From the NCBI GenBank assembly GCA_029939715.1, contig JAOZSJ010000005.1, positions 7,450-63,057 on the forward strand: 55,608 nt of DNA, written 5' to 3'. This DNA comes from Desulfobacterales bacterium. Lineage in GTDB: Bacteria > Desulfobacterota > Desulfobacteria > Desulfobacterales > 4572-123. Under the pieces are notes generated by a model. It was not told the origin of the DNA. It saw only the letters and a list, made by a program, of their open reading frames with translations, and did no database searches. The translations under genes were made by a program, and so were the position numbers. Of this stretch, positions 20,444 to 29,168 are shown one piece after another. The first letter of the stretch is position 1; every line of letters starts with the position of its first letter.

Positions 20444-20484
20444 AAAAAAACCGGGCAGGATTAATATTCCCTGCCCGGTTTCTT
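20444..20484 (-). terminator. Intrinsic terminator after atpE
   Basis: AAACCGGGCAGG/CCTGCCCGGTTT stem, T7 tail on minus strand. Confidence 0.85.
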
Positions 20485-20502
20485 AAGATTTGTTGATATT
20501 AA

Positions 20503-20784
20503 TTAATGTGCAAACAGGCCTGCAATGGCGGCTGCCTGGGGATGCGCATAGATTAAAATCAGCGAGATAACCAGTGCATAAATACACAGTGATTCGATCA
20601 TGGCAAGACCGATCAGCAATGTAACGGTTACCTTACCTGAAGATTCGGGGTTTCTGGCAATACCCTCGACTGCGGATTTAAGGCCCATTCCCTGGCCGAT
20701 ACCACAACCAAAAGCTGCAATGGCGATACCGAAACCGGCGGCAGTAACACACGCTATAAAGAATTTTAATGCTTCAGCTTCCAT
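20503..20784 (-). CDS. atpE: ATP synthase F0 subunit c
   Basis: GxGxGxG helix, ARNP loop, IESLCIY with the ion-binding Glu. Confidence 0.97.
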   Translation of the reverse strand: MEAEALKFFIACVTAAGFGIAIAAFGCGIGQGMGLKSAVEGIARNPESSGKVTVTLLIGLAMIESLCIYALVISLILIYAHPQAAAIAGLFAH

Positions 20785-20917
20785 ACTCTAATCTTCCTCC
20801 TTTTGATGTAATTGATTTGCTTCTCCCATTTCCCATTAAAAACCACGAACAAACTATCTTAATTATATTATAAAGGCAATGAAATAAAAAAGGGCCGGGG
20901 CTACAAAAATATTTTCG

Positions 20918-21607
20918 TTAATGTGCATGCTCCATGGCACCGCTGAAATAAATTATTGAAAGTAAAAAGAAAACAAAGGCCTGTACCAGGGCTACAAAAA
21001 CACCGAGTGCCATAATCGGCAAAGGAGCAAAAAATGCTCCGGCCAGCCCGAAAAGAATCGCCAGTACAATTTCATGTCCCATCATATTACCGAAAAGACG
21101 AAAGGAAAGGGACAGAATTCTGGCCACATGACCAATGATTTCGATGATGAAAATCAGAGGACTCATCCACCATACCGGTCCCAGAAAATGCTTGACGTAT
21201 TTAGCGCCGTGATACTTTATCCCGATTATATGAGTAAAAACCACCACCACCAGGGCGCAGCTCAAAGTTGTGTTCAAATTAGCCGAAGGCGGTAAAAACC
21301 CTGGAATCAGCCCGATCAGATTACAGGCGGCCACATAGATAAACACGGTTCCGATGATGGGAAACACCCAGCGACCTTCTTCACCGATAACATCCACCAT
21401 GAACTCTTCCATTCCTGAAATAAAAATTTCAAAAAAATTCTGTGCACCGGCAGGCACCATGCTGATACTCTTTGTGGCCACGGCTCCCAGAACAATCAGG
21501 ATGATCATGACCACCCATGTATAAATTACATGAGGATAGGTGTGCGCGAAATGTCCTAAACCTAATAATTCAAACAGTTTAACAAAAAAAAGATAGGGGT
21601 GTTCCAT
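20918..21607 (-). CDS. atpB: ATP synthase F0 subunit a
   Basis: LSLSFRLFGNM, LVQAFVF..L. Confidence 0.97.
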   Translation of the reverse strand: MEHPYLFFVKLFELLGLGHFAHTYPHVIYTWVVMIILIVLGAVATKSISMVPAGAQNFFEIFISGMEEFMVDVIGEEGRWVFPIIGTVFIYVAACNLIGLIPGFLPPSANLNTTLSCALVVVVFTHIIGIKYHGAKYVKHFLGPVWWMSPLIFIIEIIGHVARILSLSFRLFGNMMGHEIVLAILFGLAGAFFAPLPIMALGVFVALVQAFVFFLLSIIYFSGAMEHAH

Positions 21608-21609
21608 CC

Positions 21610-21999
21610 TTATACCGCCTCCTTGAAAATAAGTTTTTTAATTTCACATGCAGTTGCCAGGATAATACTTGCAACAACAATCGACAATCCGATAAACAAA
21701 CCTATTGGGTTTACGTAATGCCCTGCTATCAATAGGAATATAACGATTCCGCTGATCAGAAAACGGATATAATACTTGGCCAGGATAACATTGTGTGAGG
21801 AAATATGCGGCGGCGTAAGCGCTTTTTTCAGGGTCCGGGAAAGAAGATGAAAATTAATGGTCACGATGACGCCTCCGAAAAAGACACCTCTTGTAACATC
21901 GGGTGCTGCCACGGCAAGGGCCGTCAGGCTTGCAAGCCCCAGCAGTATCCAGTTTGCCCGCGTTACAAATATAAGAATGCGTCCCTGAATTCCCACCAA
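21610..21999 (-). CDS. atpI: ATP synthase subunit I (AtpI)
   Basis: Four-TM protein immediately upstream of atpB, YYIRF motif. Confidence 0.8.
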   Translation of the reverse strand: MVGIQGRILIFVTRANWILLGLASLTALAVAAPDVTRGVFFGGVIVTINFHLLSRTLKKALTPPHISSHNVILAKYYIRFLISGIVIFLLIAGHYVNPIGLFIGLSIVVASIILATACEIKKLIFKEAV

Positions 22000-22011
22000 A
22001 AAATCTTCCCG

Positions 22012-22233
22012 TCAGAGTTGTCGGCTTTTTTTAATTGCCAACCCGATGTTTTTAAATGCCGCCGCAATTCCAAAACCCAGAAAAATCAGGGTCAACCAGG
22101 GACTCGTATCAAATACGCGTCTGTCAAGGTACAGTCCGATCGCAAGCCCTATAAAAATTGACAAAGCAACCTGCAGTCCCAGACTGCTGAAATAAGCAAG
22201 CTCCCTTAAGGAACGTAAGGTTTCTCTTTTCAT
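22012..22233 (-). CDS. AtpZ/AtpI family protein
   Basis: GLAIGLYLD..F.T.PW.TLIFL.FG motif, first gene of atp F0 cluster. Confidence 0.85.
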   Translation of the reverse strand: MKRETLRSLRELAYFSSLGLQVALSIFIGLAIGLYLDRRVFDTSPWLTLIFLGFGIAAAFKNIGLAIKKSRQL

Positions 22234-22376
22234 AAAAATTATCTTTGTAAGAAAAGCCTTTTTAGAAAAACTTCAGTTATCATACCCTTAAATTCAAGTC
22301 AATGTTAAATTATGCCAAAACCAGGGCAAGGGCATTTAAAAAACCGCATGCATGAAAAACAACCTGCAAGGCCGTT

Positions 22377-23204
22377 TTAAAGTTCTCGGCCGCCTGATTG
22401 CAGGCTCAAACAACATGCATCAAACACGGGGCCATCAAGGCAGGCATGCAAATACTGAGCATCCGAAGTTTTTTCCTTTACGGCACACCCCAGACACGCA
22501 CCCATGCCGCAGGCCATAACGGTTTCAATGGAAACCTGGCAGGACGTTTCATACTTTTCGGCAATACCGGCAACACATGCAAGCATCCCCATGGGACCGC
22601 AGGCATAAATCATATCCGGACAATTTTCTTGAATCGCCGCTTCAAGGGGATTGGTCAAAAACCCTTTTTCACCGGCAGTGCCGTCATCAGTACTGACATG
22701 CAGCTTAATTCCCGTATCGACAAATTCATTCATGCACAGCAGATCGCTTTTGGACCTTCCGCCTAAAAAAAGGGTACACTCGACCGGACCGTTTTTCATT
22801 GAACGCAGCGCGGAAGCAAGAAAAAGCAAGGGAGCGGCTCCGATACCGCCGCCTGCGATATATACCCGCTGCAACCGGTCACTGATGGCAAATCCATTGC
22901 CAAGAGGGCCCAGTATGTCAATCCTGTCTCCCGGGCTGAGTTTCACCATTTGCCGCGTGCCTTTGCCGACTATCTTATAGAGAATTTCAATACATGCGGC
23001 ATCATGTTTTAGGGTTATCAGCCTGTGGATGGAAAAGGGCCGGCGCAACAGAGGGTCTGTCCCGTTATCAGGATGCACCATCACAAACTGGCCTGGTTTT
23101 GCAGCTAAATAGTTCCGTGAGCAAAGCAAGGCTATTCTGCCGTAAGAGAGTCCTATTCTGGTGTTATTCAGTACTTTAGCTTTTTCCTGAAATATCGATT
23201 TCAT
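22377..23204 (-). CDS. pyrK: Dihydroorotate dehydrogenase electron transfer subunit
   Basis: PGQF, LRRPFS, GPLGNGF, GGGIG, ACGP, MACGMGACLGC...CLDGPVF; start MKSIF 23204; pyrD not adjacent. Confidence 0.9.
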   Translation of the reverse strand: MKSIFQEKAKVLNNTRIGLSYGRIALLCSRNYLAAKPGQFVMVHPDNGTDPLLRRPFSIHRLITLKHDAACIEILYKIVGKGTRQMVKLSPGDRIDILGPLGNGFAISDRLQRVYIAGGGIGAAPLLFLASALRSMKNGPVECTLFLGGRSKSDLLCMNEFVDTGIKLHVSTDDGTAGEKGFLTNPLEAAIQENCPDMIYACGPMGMLACVAGIAEKYETSCQVSIETVMACGMGACLGCAVKEKTSDAQYLHACLDGPVFDACCLSLQSGGREL

Positions 23205-23221
23205 TTTATCCTGTCCCGGCC

Positions 23222-24001
23222 TCAGGCTTGTTTCAGGCCGATGGCCGCTGCAAACCTCCCGGTAATTTTGGCCCTGCGATACGAGAAAAAAAGATCCGAG
23301 TTGCATCTTGTACAAATATTGGCGGTCCTGATATTTTCTTTTAAAACGCCTGCATCACAAAGCTGATCAGAGCTTGCCGCCCAGAAGTTAAAATGGTTCG
23401 ATGCATCAGAATATTTCCAGAACGATTCAGGCAATTCAGACCTGTAGTTGACAAATTCAGCGCAGCATGGACCCAAAGAGGGTCCGATACCGGCTATGAT
23501 ATCACCGGGAGTCGTACAAAACTTCCGTTCCATGATGTTTATGGTGGCACCGATAATATTTTGAATGCTTCCGCGCCATCCGGAATGAACATTGGCCACA
23601 ACCCCGCGGATCGGATCATACATCAAAACAGCCTGACAGTCCGCCAGTTGTATCACCAGATTCAACCCGGGAATGTCGGTAATCACTGCATCTCCAGCAA
23701 GGGCCTTGTCGGTTGCTATTCCGGAAAGGCCGTTATCCCGGCCTTTAATTACCGCAACATCACAGCCATGCACCTGATTTAAAAAAACCGGTTCCCCGCC
23801 TCCGAGCAGCCGGTTAACCAGATGACGGTTGGCCATTACCCGGTCAATGTCGTCGCCTACCCCGGCGCATATATTCAGGCTTTGAAACGGCCCGTCACTG
23901 CAACCGTGATTGCGCGTAAAAATACCATGGCCGAGTTCCGAAAATCCGGAAAAATTTGAAAAGCGAAAAAATAAAACTCCGTTTTTATCTGTTAACAGCA
24001 G
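23222..24001 (-). CDS. pgeF: Peptidoglycan editing factor PgeF/YfiH (probable CTG start)
   Basis: QVHG, ADC, HSGWRG, GPS.GPCC, CTRC..FFSYR; frame stays open upstream of ATG 23836 through GIFTR..S.GPFQSLN to CTG 24001, which has GAGGA 8 nt upstream. Confidence 0.88.
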   Translation of the reverse strand: MLLTDKNGVLFFRFSNFSGFSELGHGIFTRNHGCSDGPFQSLNICAGVGDDIDRVMANRHLVNRLLGGGEPVFLNQVHGCDVAVIKGRDNGLSGIATDKALAGDAVITDIPGLNLVIQLADCQAVLMYDPIRGVVANVHSGWRGSIQNIIGATINIMERKFCTTPGDIIAGIGPSLGPCCAEFVNYRSELPESFWKYSDASNHFNFWAASSDQLCDAGVLKENIRTANICTRCNSDLFFSYRRAKITGRFAAAIGLKQA

Positions 24002-24020
24002 TTGCCGGGTCCTCGATCAG

Positions 24021-24539
24021 TTAATGGCCTTGTTTAATAAAATAAGATGAAGCGTACCGCTCAACAATGGTTTCAATAATCCGGGACGTGGAAATGGCGG
24101 GAACCATCTCCACCCTGACAACGCTCCCCCCGCGATTCCTGACAAAATCAGCCCCGATAATTTTTTCCATTGGCCAGTCACCGCCCTTGACCAGCACATC
24201 GGGTTTGACGATCTTGATCAGTGCCAGCGGATCTGCATCGTCAAAAACCGATATATAATCCACACAGGTCAGCGCGGCCAGTACCTCCGCCCGCCGGTCC
24301 TGGTCTACAATAGGCCTTTTTGGCCCCTTTATTTTCCGCATCGATTTATCTGAATTCAGCCCAAGCACCAGCAGGTCTCCATGGTCTTTTGCCTCCGACA
24401 GGTAGCGCACATGCCCGGCATGCAGGATATCAAAACAGCCGTTGGTAAAAACAATCCGTTTCCCGGACTGACGAAGGGGGGCCAGCTTAGCCGTAAGAGC
24501 CTTGGCATTAAAAATTTTATCTGTTTTATTGATCGGCAT
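24021..24539 (-). CDS. rfaE2: D-glycero-beta-D-manno-heptose 1-phosphate adenylyltransferase (RfaE domain II/HldC)
   Basis: FTNGCFDILHAGH, GLNSD, KGPKRP, VKGGDW, STS; start MPINK 24539. Confidence 0.92.
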   Translation of the reverse strand: MPINKTDKIFNAKALTAKLAPLRQSGKRIVFTNGCFDILHAGHVRYLSEAKDHGDLLVLGLNSDKSMRKIKGPKRPIVDQDRRAEVLAALTCVDYISVFDDADPLALIKIVKPDVLVKGGDWPMEKIIGADFVRNRGGSVVRVEMVPAISTSRIIETIVERYASSYFIKQGH

Positions 24540-24556
24540 CGCCCAGGTTTCCTGTT

Positions 24557-25393
24557 TTAAATTGCCCGCGCCAGAGTCAGCACATCGACAGATTCGGCAC
24601 CGCCGTGCATCAGAATCCGGGCACATTCATTCACGGTTGAACCGGTGGTAAAAACATCATCCACCAGCAGAATACGCCTGCCCCTGACAAGAAATGCGTC
24701 TGTCAGGCCAAAGGCATTTTTAATATTGGAAATCCGGCCCTTGCGGCCCAGTCCGGTCTGGGGCCTGGTCCATTTTTTTCGCACCAGTACATCAGCTTTA
24801 ATATGAATACTCTCCATGCCACCCATCAGCATGGCGGCAGCATCCGGCCAATCCTTCAGCAGCAGATGGGCCTGATTAAAGCCCCGCAGCCTTAACTTTT
24901 TTTTATGCAGGGGGACCGGCATAATCAGATCAAAATAGCCTGTTTCCCAATACCGGAGAAAAGAATGAAACAACAGACGGCTCAAGGGCCGTACCAGTTG
25001 AAGTTTTCCCTGATATTTGAAACAGTGAACCAGGGTCATCAGGGACTGGTCATAAATCCCCGCGGCTCTGGCCGCGCTGAAGTACATGGGTGCGTCCAGA
25101 CATGTACCGCACATATGATCTTCCCCTTCACGGCTTTTAAATATCATACCGCATGCAGTGCAAAAGGGGGATTCCACCGGAGAAAAAGCCCTGCGGCATT
25201 CCGGGCACAACACCTGTGCCATAAGCATATCAAAATAATTACATTCTGAAAAATTCCTGCCTGCCGCCTTATTACGATCATTGAAAAGCGGCCGATTTCC
25301 GTCAAAATTGAAAAACGACCGGCAGCAGAGACATTTATCCGGAAAAACAGCGGTCTTGACACAACTGATTATGCGGGAAACAAAATTTTGCAT
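24557..25393 (-). CDS. comF: ComF family protein (double zinc ribbon + PRTase-like)
   Basis: CxxC pairs, PVPLH..RGFNQA, LLVDDVFTTGST. Confidence 0.9.
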   Translation of the reverse strand: MQNFVSRIISCVKTAVFPDKCLCCRSFFNFDGNRPLFNDRNKAAGRNFSECNYFDMLMAQVLCPECRRAFSPVESPFCTACGMIFKSREGEDHMCGTCLDAPMYFSAARAAGIYDQSLMTLVHCFKYQGKLQLVRPLSRLLFHSFLRYWETGYFDLIMPVPLHKKKLRLRGFNQAHLLLKDWPDAAAMLMGGMESIHIKADVLVRKKWTRPQTGLGRKGRISNIKNAFGLTDAFLVRGRRILLVDDVFTTGSTVNECARILMHGGAESVDVLTLARAI

Positions 25394-25429
25394 TTTTTAA
25401 TTTACCCGGTGACCGTTTTACCCACACTC

Positions 25430-26200
25430 TCAATAACCCAGCCTTTGCCGGAAGGCCTCATACAAAACAATTGCCCCTGCCACTGAAGCGTTAAGGGAAT
25501 TCAATTCTCCTTTCTGGGGGATGGTCATTAAAAAATCGCAGTGAGTTCTCACAAGCGGCCGAATCCCTTTTTCCTCCCCGCCGATAACAATGGCCAGGGG
25601 GCCGGTCAACTCACAGGCATACAGACTTTTTTCAGCCGATGGGCCTGTTCCGGCAACCCATATACCTTTTTCTTTTAATTCTTTAATTGTATTGACCATA
25701 TTGACCACCCGTGCCAGGCGCACATGCTCCAGGGCCCCGGCCGAGGTCTTGGATGCTGCGGGGACTGGCCCGGCCGACCGGTCTTTGGGGATGACAATAC
25801 CCTGAATTCCGGCACAAAATGCCGTTCGAATCAGGGCCCCCAGATTATGCGGATCGACAATACCGTCCAGCAGAAGAAGAAAAGGATCATCAACGCCATC
25901 GAGGGATCGATCAATAATTTCTGAAATGCCGGCCAGGGGATAGGTACTGACAATGGCTGCAATCCCCTGGTGTTCATCCGTGTTTGTCCGGGCCTGCAGT
26001 TGTGATCTGGACAATTCCCGGACATCTATTTTAGCCGCCGTTCCCAGTGCAAGAGTCCGTTCAAGTCTTTCAGAACGTCTGCCCTTGACAATAAAAATTT
26101 CGAAAAAACGGCGGCGGCCGGCCCGCAATGCCTCTGTCACGGGATGAATACCGTAGAGCAGTTCTGTTTTTTCAGCTACGATGTTCCTCCTTTGTTTCAA
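25430..26200 (-). CDS. rlmB: 23S rRNA G2251 2'-O-methyltransferase (SPOUT)
   Basis: YGIHPV, HQGI, DPHNLGA..R, GGEEKG, SLNASVA. Confidence 0.92.
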   Translation of the reverse strand: MKQRRNIVAEKTELLYGIHPVTEALRAGRRRFFEIFIVKGRRSERLERTLALGTAAKIDVRELSRSQLQARTNTDEHQGIAAIVSTYPLAGISEIIDRSLDGVDDPFLLLLDGIVDPHNLGALIRTAFCAGIQGIVIPKDRSAGPVPAASKTSAGALEHVRLARVVNMVNTIKELKEKGIWVAGTGPSAEKSLYACELTGPLAIVIGGEEKGIRPLVRTHCDFLMTIPQKGELNSLNASVAGAIVLYEAFRQRLGY

Positions 26201-26226
26201 GGATTTTTCCTTATCTTTTCCGAAAT

Positions 26227-26808
26227 TTATCGATAAGACGCTATCAGGGTAGCAAGCTCGGCAATGGCGGCATCCAGCTGATTATTGACAACCACATGCC
26301 GGTAAAGGTGCCGGAGATCCATCTCGGCACGGGCATTTTTAATCCGCCTTTCAATCACCTCTTTCGTGTCGGTCCCTCTTGTTTCAATTCTCTCTCTTAA
26401 AACCTCAAGGGTGGGCGGCATGATAAAAAAAGTTATGCTGTCCGGAAAACCCGCAGTTATCTGGCGCATGCCCTGCACATCTATATCCAGCAGTATATCC
26501 TGCCCGCTATCCATGCAGCGGTTTAAAAAATCGGCCGAAGTGCCGTAATAATTCCCGTGGACTCTGGCCCACTCGGCCCATTTGCCCTGTCTGATTTTTT
26601 TTTCAAAATCATCTGTGGTTATAAAATGGTAATCGATACCGTCCTTTTCGCCTTCACGGGGCTCCCGGGTCGTATGGGAAACAGAATATCCAATATCGGG
26701 AAACCGGTTGCGGACAGCCTTGCAAAGTGTTGTTTTGCCTGCACCGGAGGGCGCGGAAACAATAAAAAGCGCCCCCTTTTTATCCTTTGTTCCAATTTTG
26801 CTCACCAT
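26227..26808 (-). CDS. gmk: Guanylate kinase
   Basis: SAPSGAGKTT, SHTTREPREGE..G.DYHF, YYGT, DIDVQG. Confidence 0.97.
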   Translation of the reverse strand: MVSKIGTKDKKGALFIVSAPSGAGKTTLCKAVRNRFPDIGYSVSHTTREPREGEKDGIDYHFITTDDFEKKIRQGKWAEWARVHGNYYGTSADFLNRCMDSGQDILLDIDVQGMRQITAGFPDSITFFIMPPTLEVLRERIETRGTDTKEVIERRIKNARAEMDLRHLYRHVVVNNQLDAAIAELATLIASYR

Positions 26809-26827
26809 TAAAGCTTACCCCGTCATT

Positions 26828-27097
26828 TCACTTGTCGGAAGATGATTGCGCTTCCATCAATACGGCATAGCGCTGGGAAATTGTTTCCGCCTGGATAGCC
26901 GACAGAACAACATGATTGCTGTCCATGATGATCAGTGAACGGGTCTTGCGCCCATGCGTGGCATCCACAAGCCGCTGGTCTTCCTTTGCCTCGTCCTTGA
27001 GCCGCTTCATCGGTGCGGAATTAAGTGACACAATGGCCACAACCCGATCAGCGATCACCGTACCGCCAAATCCGATATTTAATAAAAATTTATCCAT
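26828..27097 (-). CDS. DUF370 / RemA family protein
   Basis: LNIGFG, SAP.KR, DAT.GRKTRS, LSA.Q.ET; between yicC and gmk. Confidence 0.9.
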   Translation of the reverse strand: MDKFLLNIGFGGTVIADRVVAIVSLNSAPMKRLKDEAKEDQRLVDATHGRKTRSLIIMDSNHVVLSAIQAETISQRYAVLMEAQSSSDK

Positions 27098-27159
27098 CCT
27101 GCCCCCATGTCAATCGTTAAAGGGTAACCGTTCACGATTGTCGGTTCACATTTCACGGT

Positions 27160-28041
27160 TTATTCCACATTCTGCACCTGCTCCCTGAGTTTTTCAAGCT
27201 CTGCCTTTACCTCGACAATCATGTGTGAAATATCAGTATTACCGGTCTTGGAGCCCATGGTGTTAAACTCGCGATTAAACTCCTGCAGCAAAAAATTAAG
27301 CTTGCGGCCACCGGGTTCTTCGGCCTTCATGATTTCATAAAATTGCCGGACATGGCTTTGCGCTCTGACCAGTTCCTCGGAAATCTCGCTCCGGTCGGCC
27401 AGCAGGGCCGCTTCCTGCTCGATACGGCCGCTGTCGATCTCAATCCCCTTGCCGGTTAATGAAATAATTCGCTCTTCCAGGCGTTTTTTATAAATTTCCA
27501 GAAGTCCGTGGGAACGAGCTTCTATCTGCATGATCCGATTCTCTATAAACTCAAGCCGCCTGGTAAAATCCTTTGCAAGATAATCTCCCTCTTTCCCGCG
27601 CATGGCATCCAGCCCGTCGAGGGCCCGGTATAAGCAATCTCTAACCATTGGCCAGCAGGCATCCGTATCCTTCCCTGCATCAACCGGCCTGACAAGGCCG
27701 TTGACACCGGCCATCAGATCAACGGAAATATCACCGGCCAGGTTAAATTCCGTCTTCAGCCTGACCAGCGCATCATGATACGCCTTTGCTTTGACTGTAT
27801 CGATTTCAAACGCATTAGCCTCCTGTCGCTCATCTTTTATTACAACCTTGATTTCCACCCGGCCCCGGGAAATTTTTTCTGCAAGGGCTGCCTTTATCTT
27901 TTCCTCCAGCAGGGCATATCCATGACCGGCCCTGACAACGGCATCAAGATGCCGGCTGTTCACCGACCGGATTTCAATGGAAACGGTCAACAGTTCGTTT
28001 GTCTTTTCCGCGCAGGCATAAGCAGTCATGCTTTTTATCAT
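27160..28041 (-). CDS. yicC: YicC/YloC family endoribonuclease
   Basis: MIKSMTAY, RSVNSR, ISEELVR..SH, GRKLNFLLQEFNREFNT.GSK, LREQVQNVE. Confidence 0.95.
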   Translation of the reverse strand: MIKSMTAYACAEKTNELLTVSIEIRSVNSRHLDAVVRAGHGYALLEEKIKAALAEKISRGRVEIKVVIKDERQEANAFEIDTVKAKAYHDALVRLKTEFNLAGDISVDLMAGVNGLVRPVDAGKDTDACWPMVRDCLYRALDGLDAMRGKEGDYLAKDFTRRLEFIENRIMQIEARSHGLLEIYKKRLEERIISLTGKGIEIDSGRIEQEAALLADRSEISEELVRAQSHVRQFYEIMKAEEPGGRKLNFLLQEFNREFNTMGSKTGNTDISHMIVEVKAELEKLREQVQNVE

Positions 28042-28055
28042 CTAATTTTATTTCC

Positions 28056-28604
28056 TTATGATACAATCGATCTATGTGCGGGCGTTTTTTTATCCAGAAC
28101 ATATTTATTACGAACCCTGCCAAGAAAAGTCAGCATGGAGCTGTCCGCATAATCCGGATAAGTCCAGGGCAGCGTCTGAAAAGCGCCGTTTCTATAAATC
28201 AGGGTCAGATCGGCATAGATATTTCGGCCGATATAAATCCGATGCGCAAAATTTTTTCCGGTTGCCAGAACAAAGCGTTCGGAAAGCAGGTACCCCGGAT
28301 CGATATTGGCCCGGCGATTGCCGTTTTGCTGGAAATCCTGCTCAATGGCATTGGTTATCAGTTTGATTCCGGCCAGATCATCCTGCGGGATCAATGTTTT
28401 AAAGGCCAGCATCCGTCTAAAAAGCGGCCCGCCCATCTCCTGCTCATAATACCCGGTATAATCAAAATCAAACCAGGCACTGACGATATCCGGCAGGCCC
28501 AGTTTTTTAGACAACGCTTCAGCCAGGGGGCCGAAAAGTTCCTTGTCTTTCATTAATAGCCCGACAACCAGCTTGGCGGCCCGAGGTTCTTGAGGTATGC
28601 TCAT
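28056..28604 (-). CDS. DUF4416 family protein
   Basis: YY..EMG, R.NIDPGY, LAT.KN..HRIY, LPWTYPDY. Confidence 0.85.
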   Translation of the reverse strand: MSIPQEPRAAKLVVGLLMKDKELFGPLAEALSKKLGLPDIVSAWFDFDYTGYYEQEMGGPLFRRMLAFKTLIPQDDLAGIKLITNAIEQDFQQNGNRRANIDPGYLLSERFVLATGKNFAHRIYIGRNIYADLTLIYRNGAFQTLPWTYPDYADSSMLTFLGRVRNKYVLDKKTPAHRSIVS

Positions 28605-28661
28605 AATTTTATTATCGACAGTTCAAAATATTTTTATACAACTGCATTAAAAACTGATTTT

Positions 28662-28838
28662 TTAGTCCTGCCTTATGGGCCTGGCCTCATCAATCAACAT
28701 GATTGGAATACCATCCCTGATTTCATACAGCAACTTACAATGATCACAGATCAATCCGTCCCGGGTCTCGTTCAGATAAATATCCCCCTTGCACTTGGGA
28801 CAGGCCAGAATATCGAGAAGTTCCTTGCTGATGGTCAT
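28662..28838 (-). CDS. Trm112/YcaR (UPF0434) family protein
   Basis: Manual translation MTISKELLDILACPKCKGDIYLNETRDGLICDHCKLLYEIRDGIPIMLIDEARPIRQD (58 aa, below ORF-track cutoff); AGGTG RBS. Confidence 0.92.
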   Translation of the reverse strand: MTISKELLDILACPKCKGDIYLNETRDGLICDHCKLLYEIRDGIPIMLIDEARPIRQD

Positions 28839-29168
28839 AAAAGCACCTGTTTTATTTTAATGGTTGAATAAAATCTCAATAAATTAGGGCTACCAGTTAA
28901 CCCTTTGCCCCGCCTTTTTAAAAAGCAGAGGGCATTCATTCAGAAGATAAACCCGCAACCGTCCATCAGACTGAAAACAGCTTAACGCCTGCAGGGCAAA
29001 CCTTCTGAATTCAAACACCAGGTTGTTGCATATCAAACAATCAATTCGTATGCAAAATGTTATTTTACCGAACTTCAGTTTATACCGAGGCAGGTCACAC
29101 TTTCGCACATAAACTTATACTGAGTTAAGCCATTATTAGGGGAGAGCTGTGCTTTATAGGCTGGTTTT

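Noticed and set aside
28590-28871. Plus-strand 93-aa ORF
   Set aside because: Antisense shadow of the real Trm112 gene
28890-29108. 72-aa ORF, and GGGCAAACC resembling a c-di-GMP-I riboswitch start
   Set aside because: ORF has no RBS or recognisable motif; the riboswitch GAAA tetraloop stem and downstream GCAAAG element are absent
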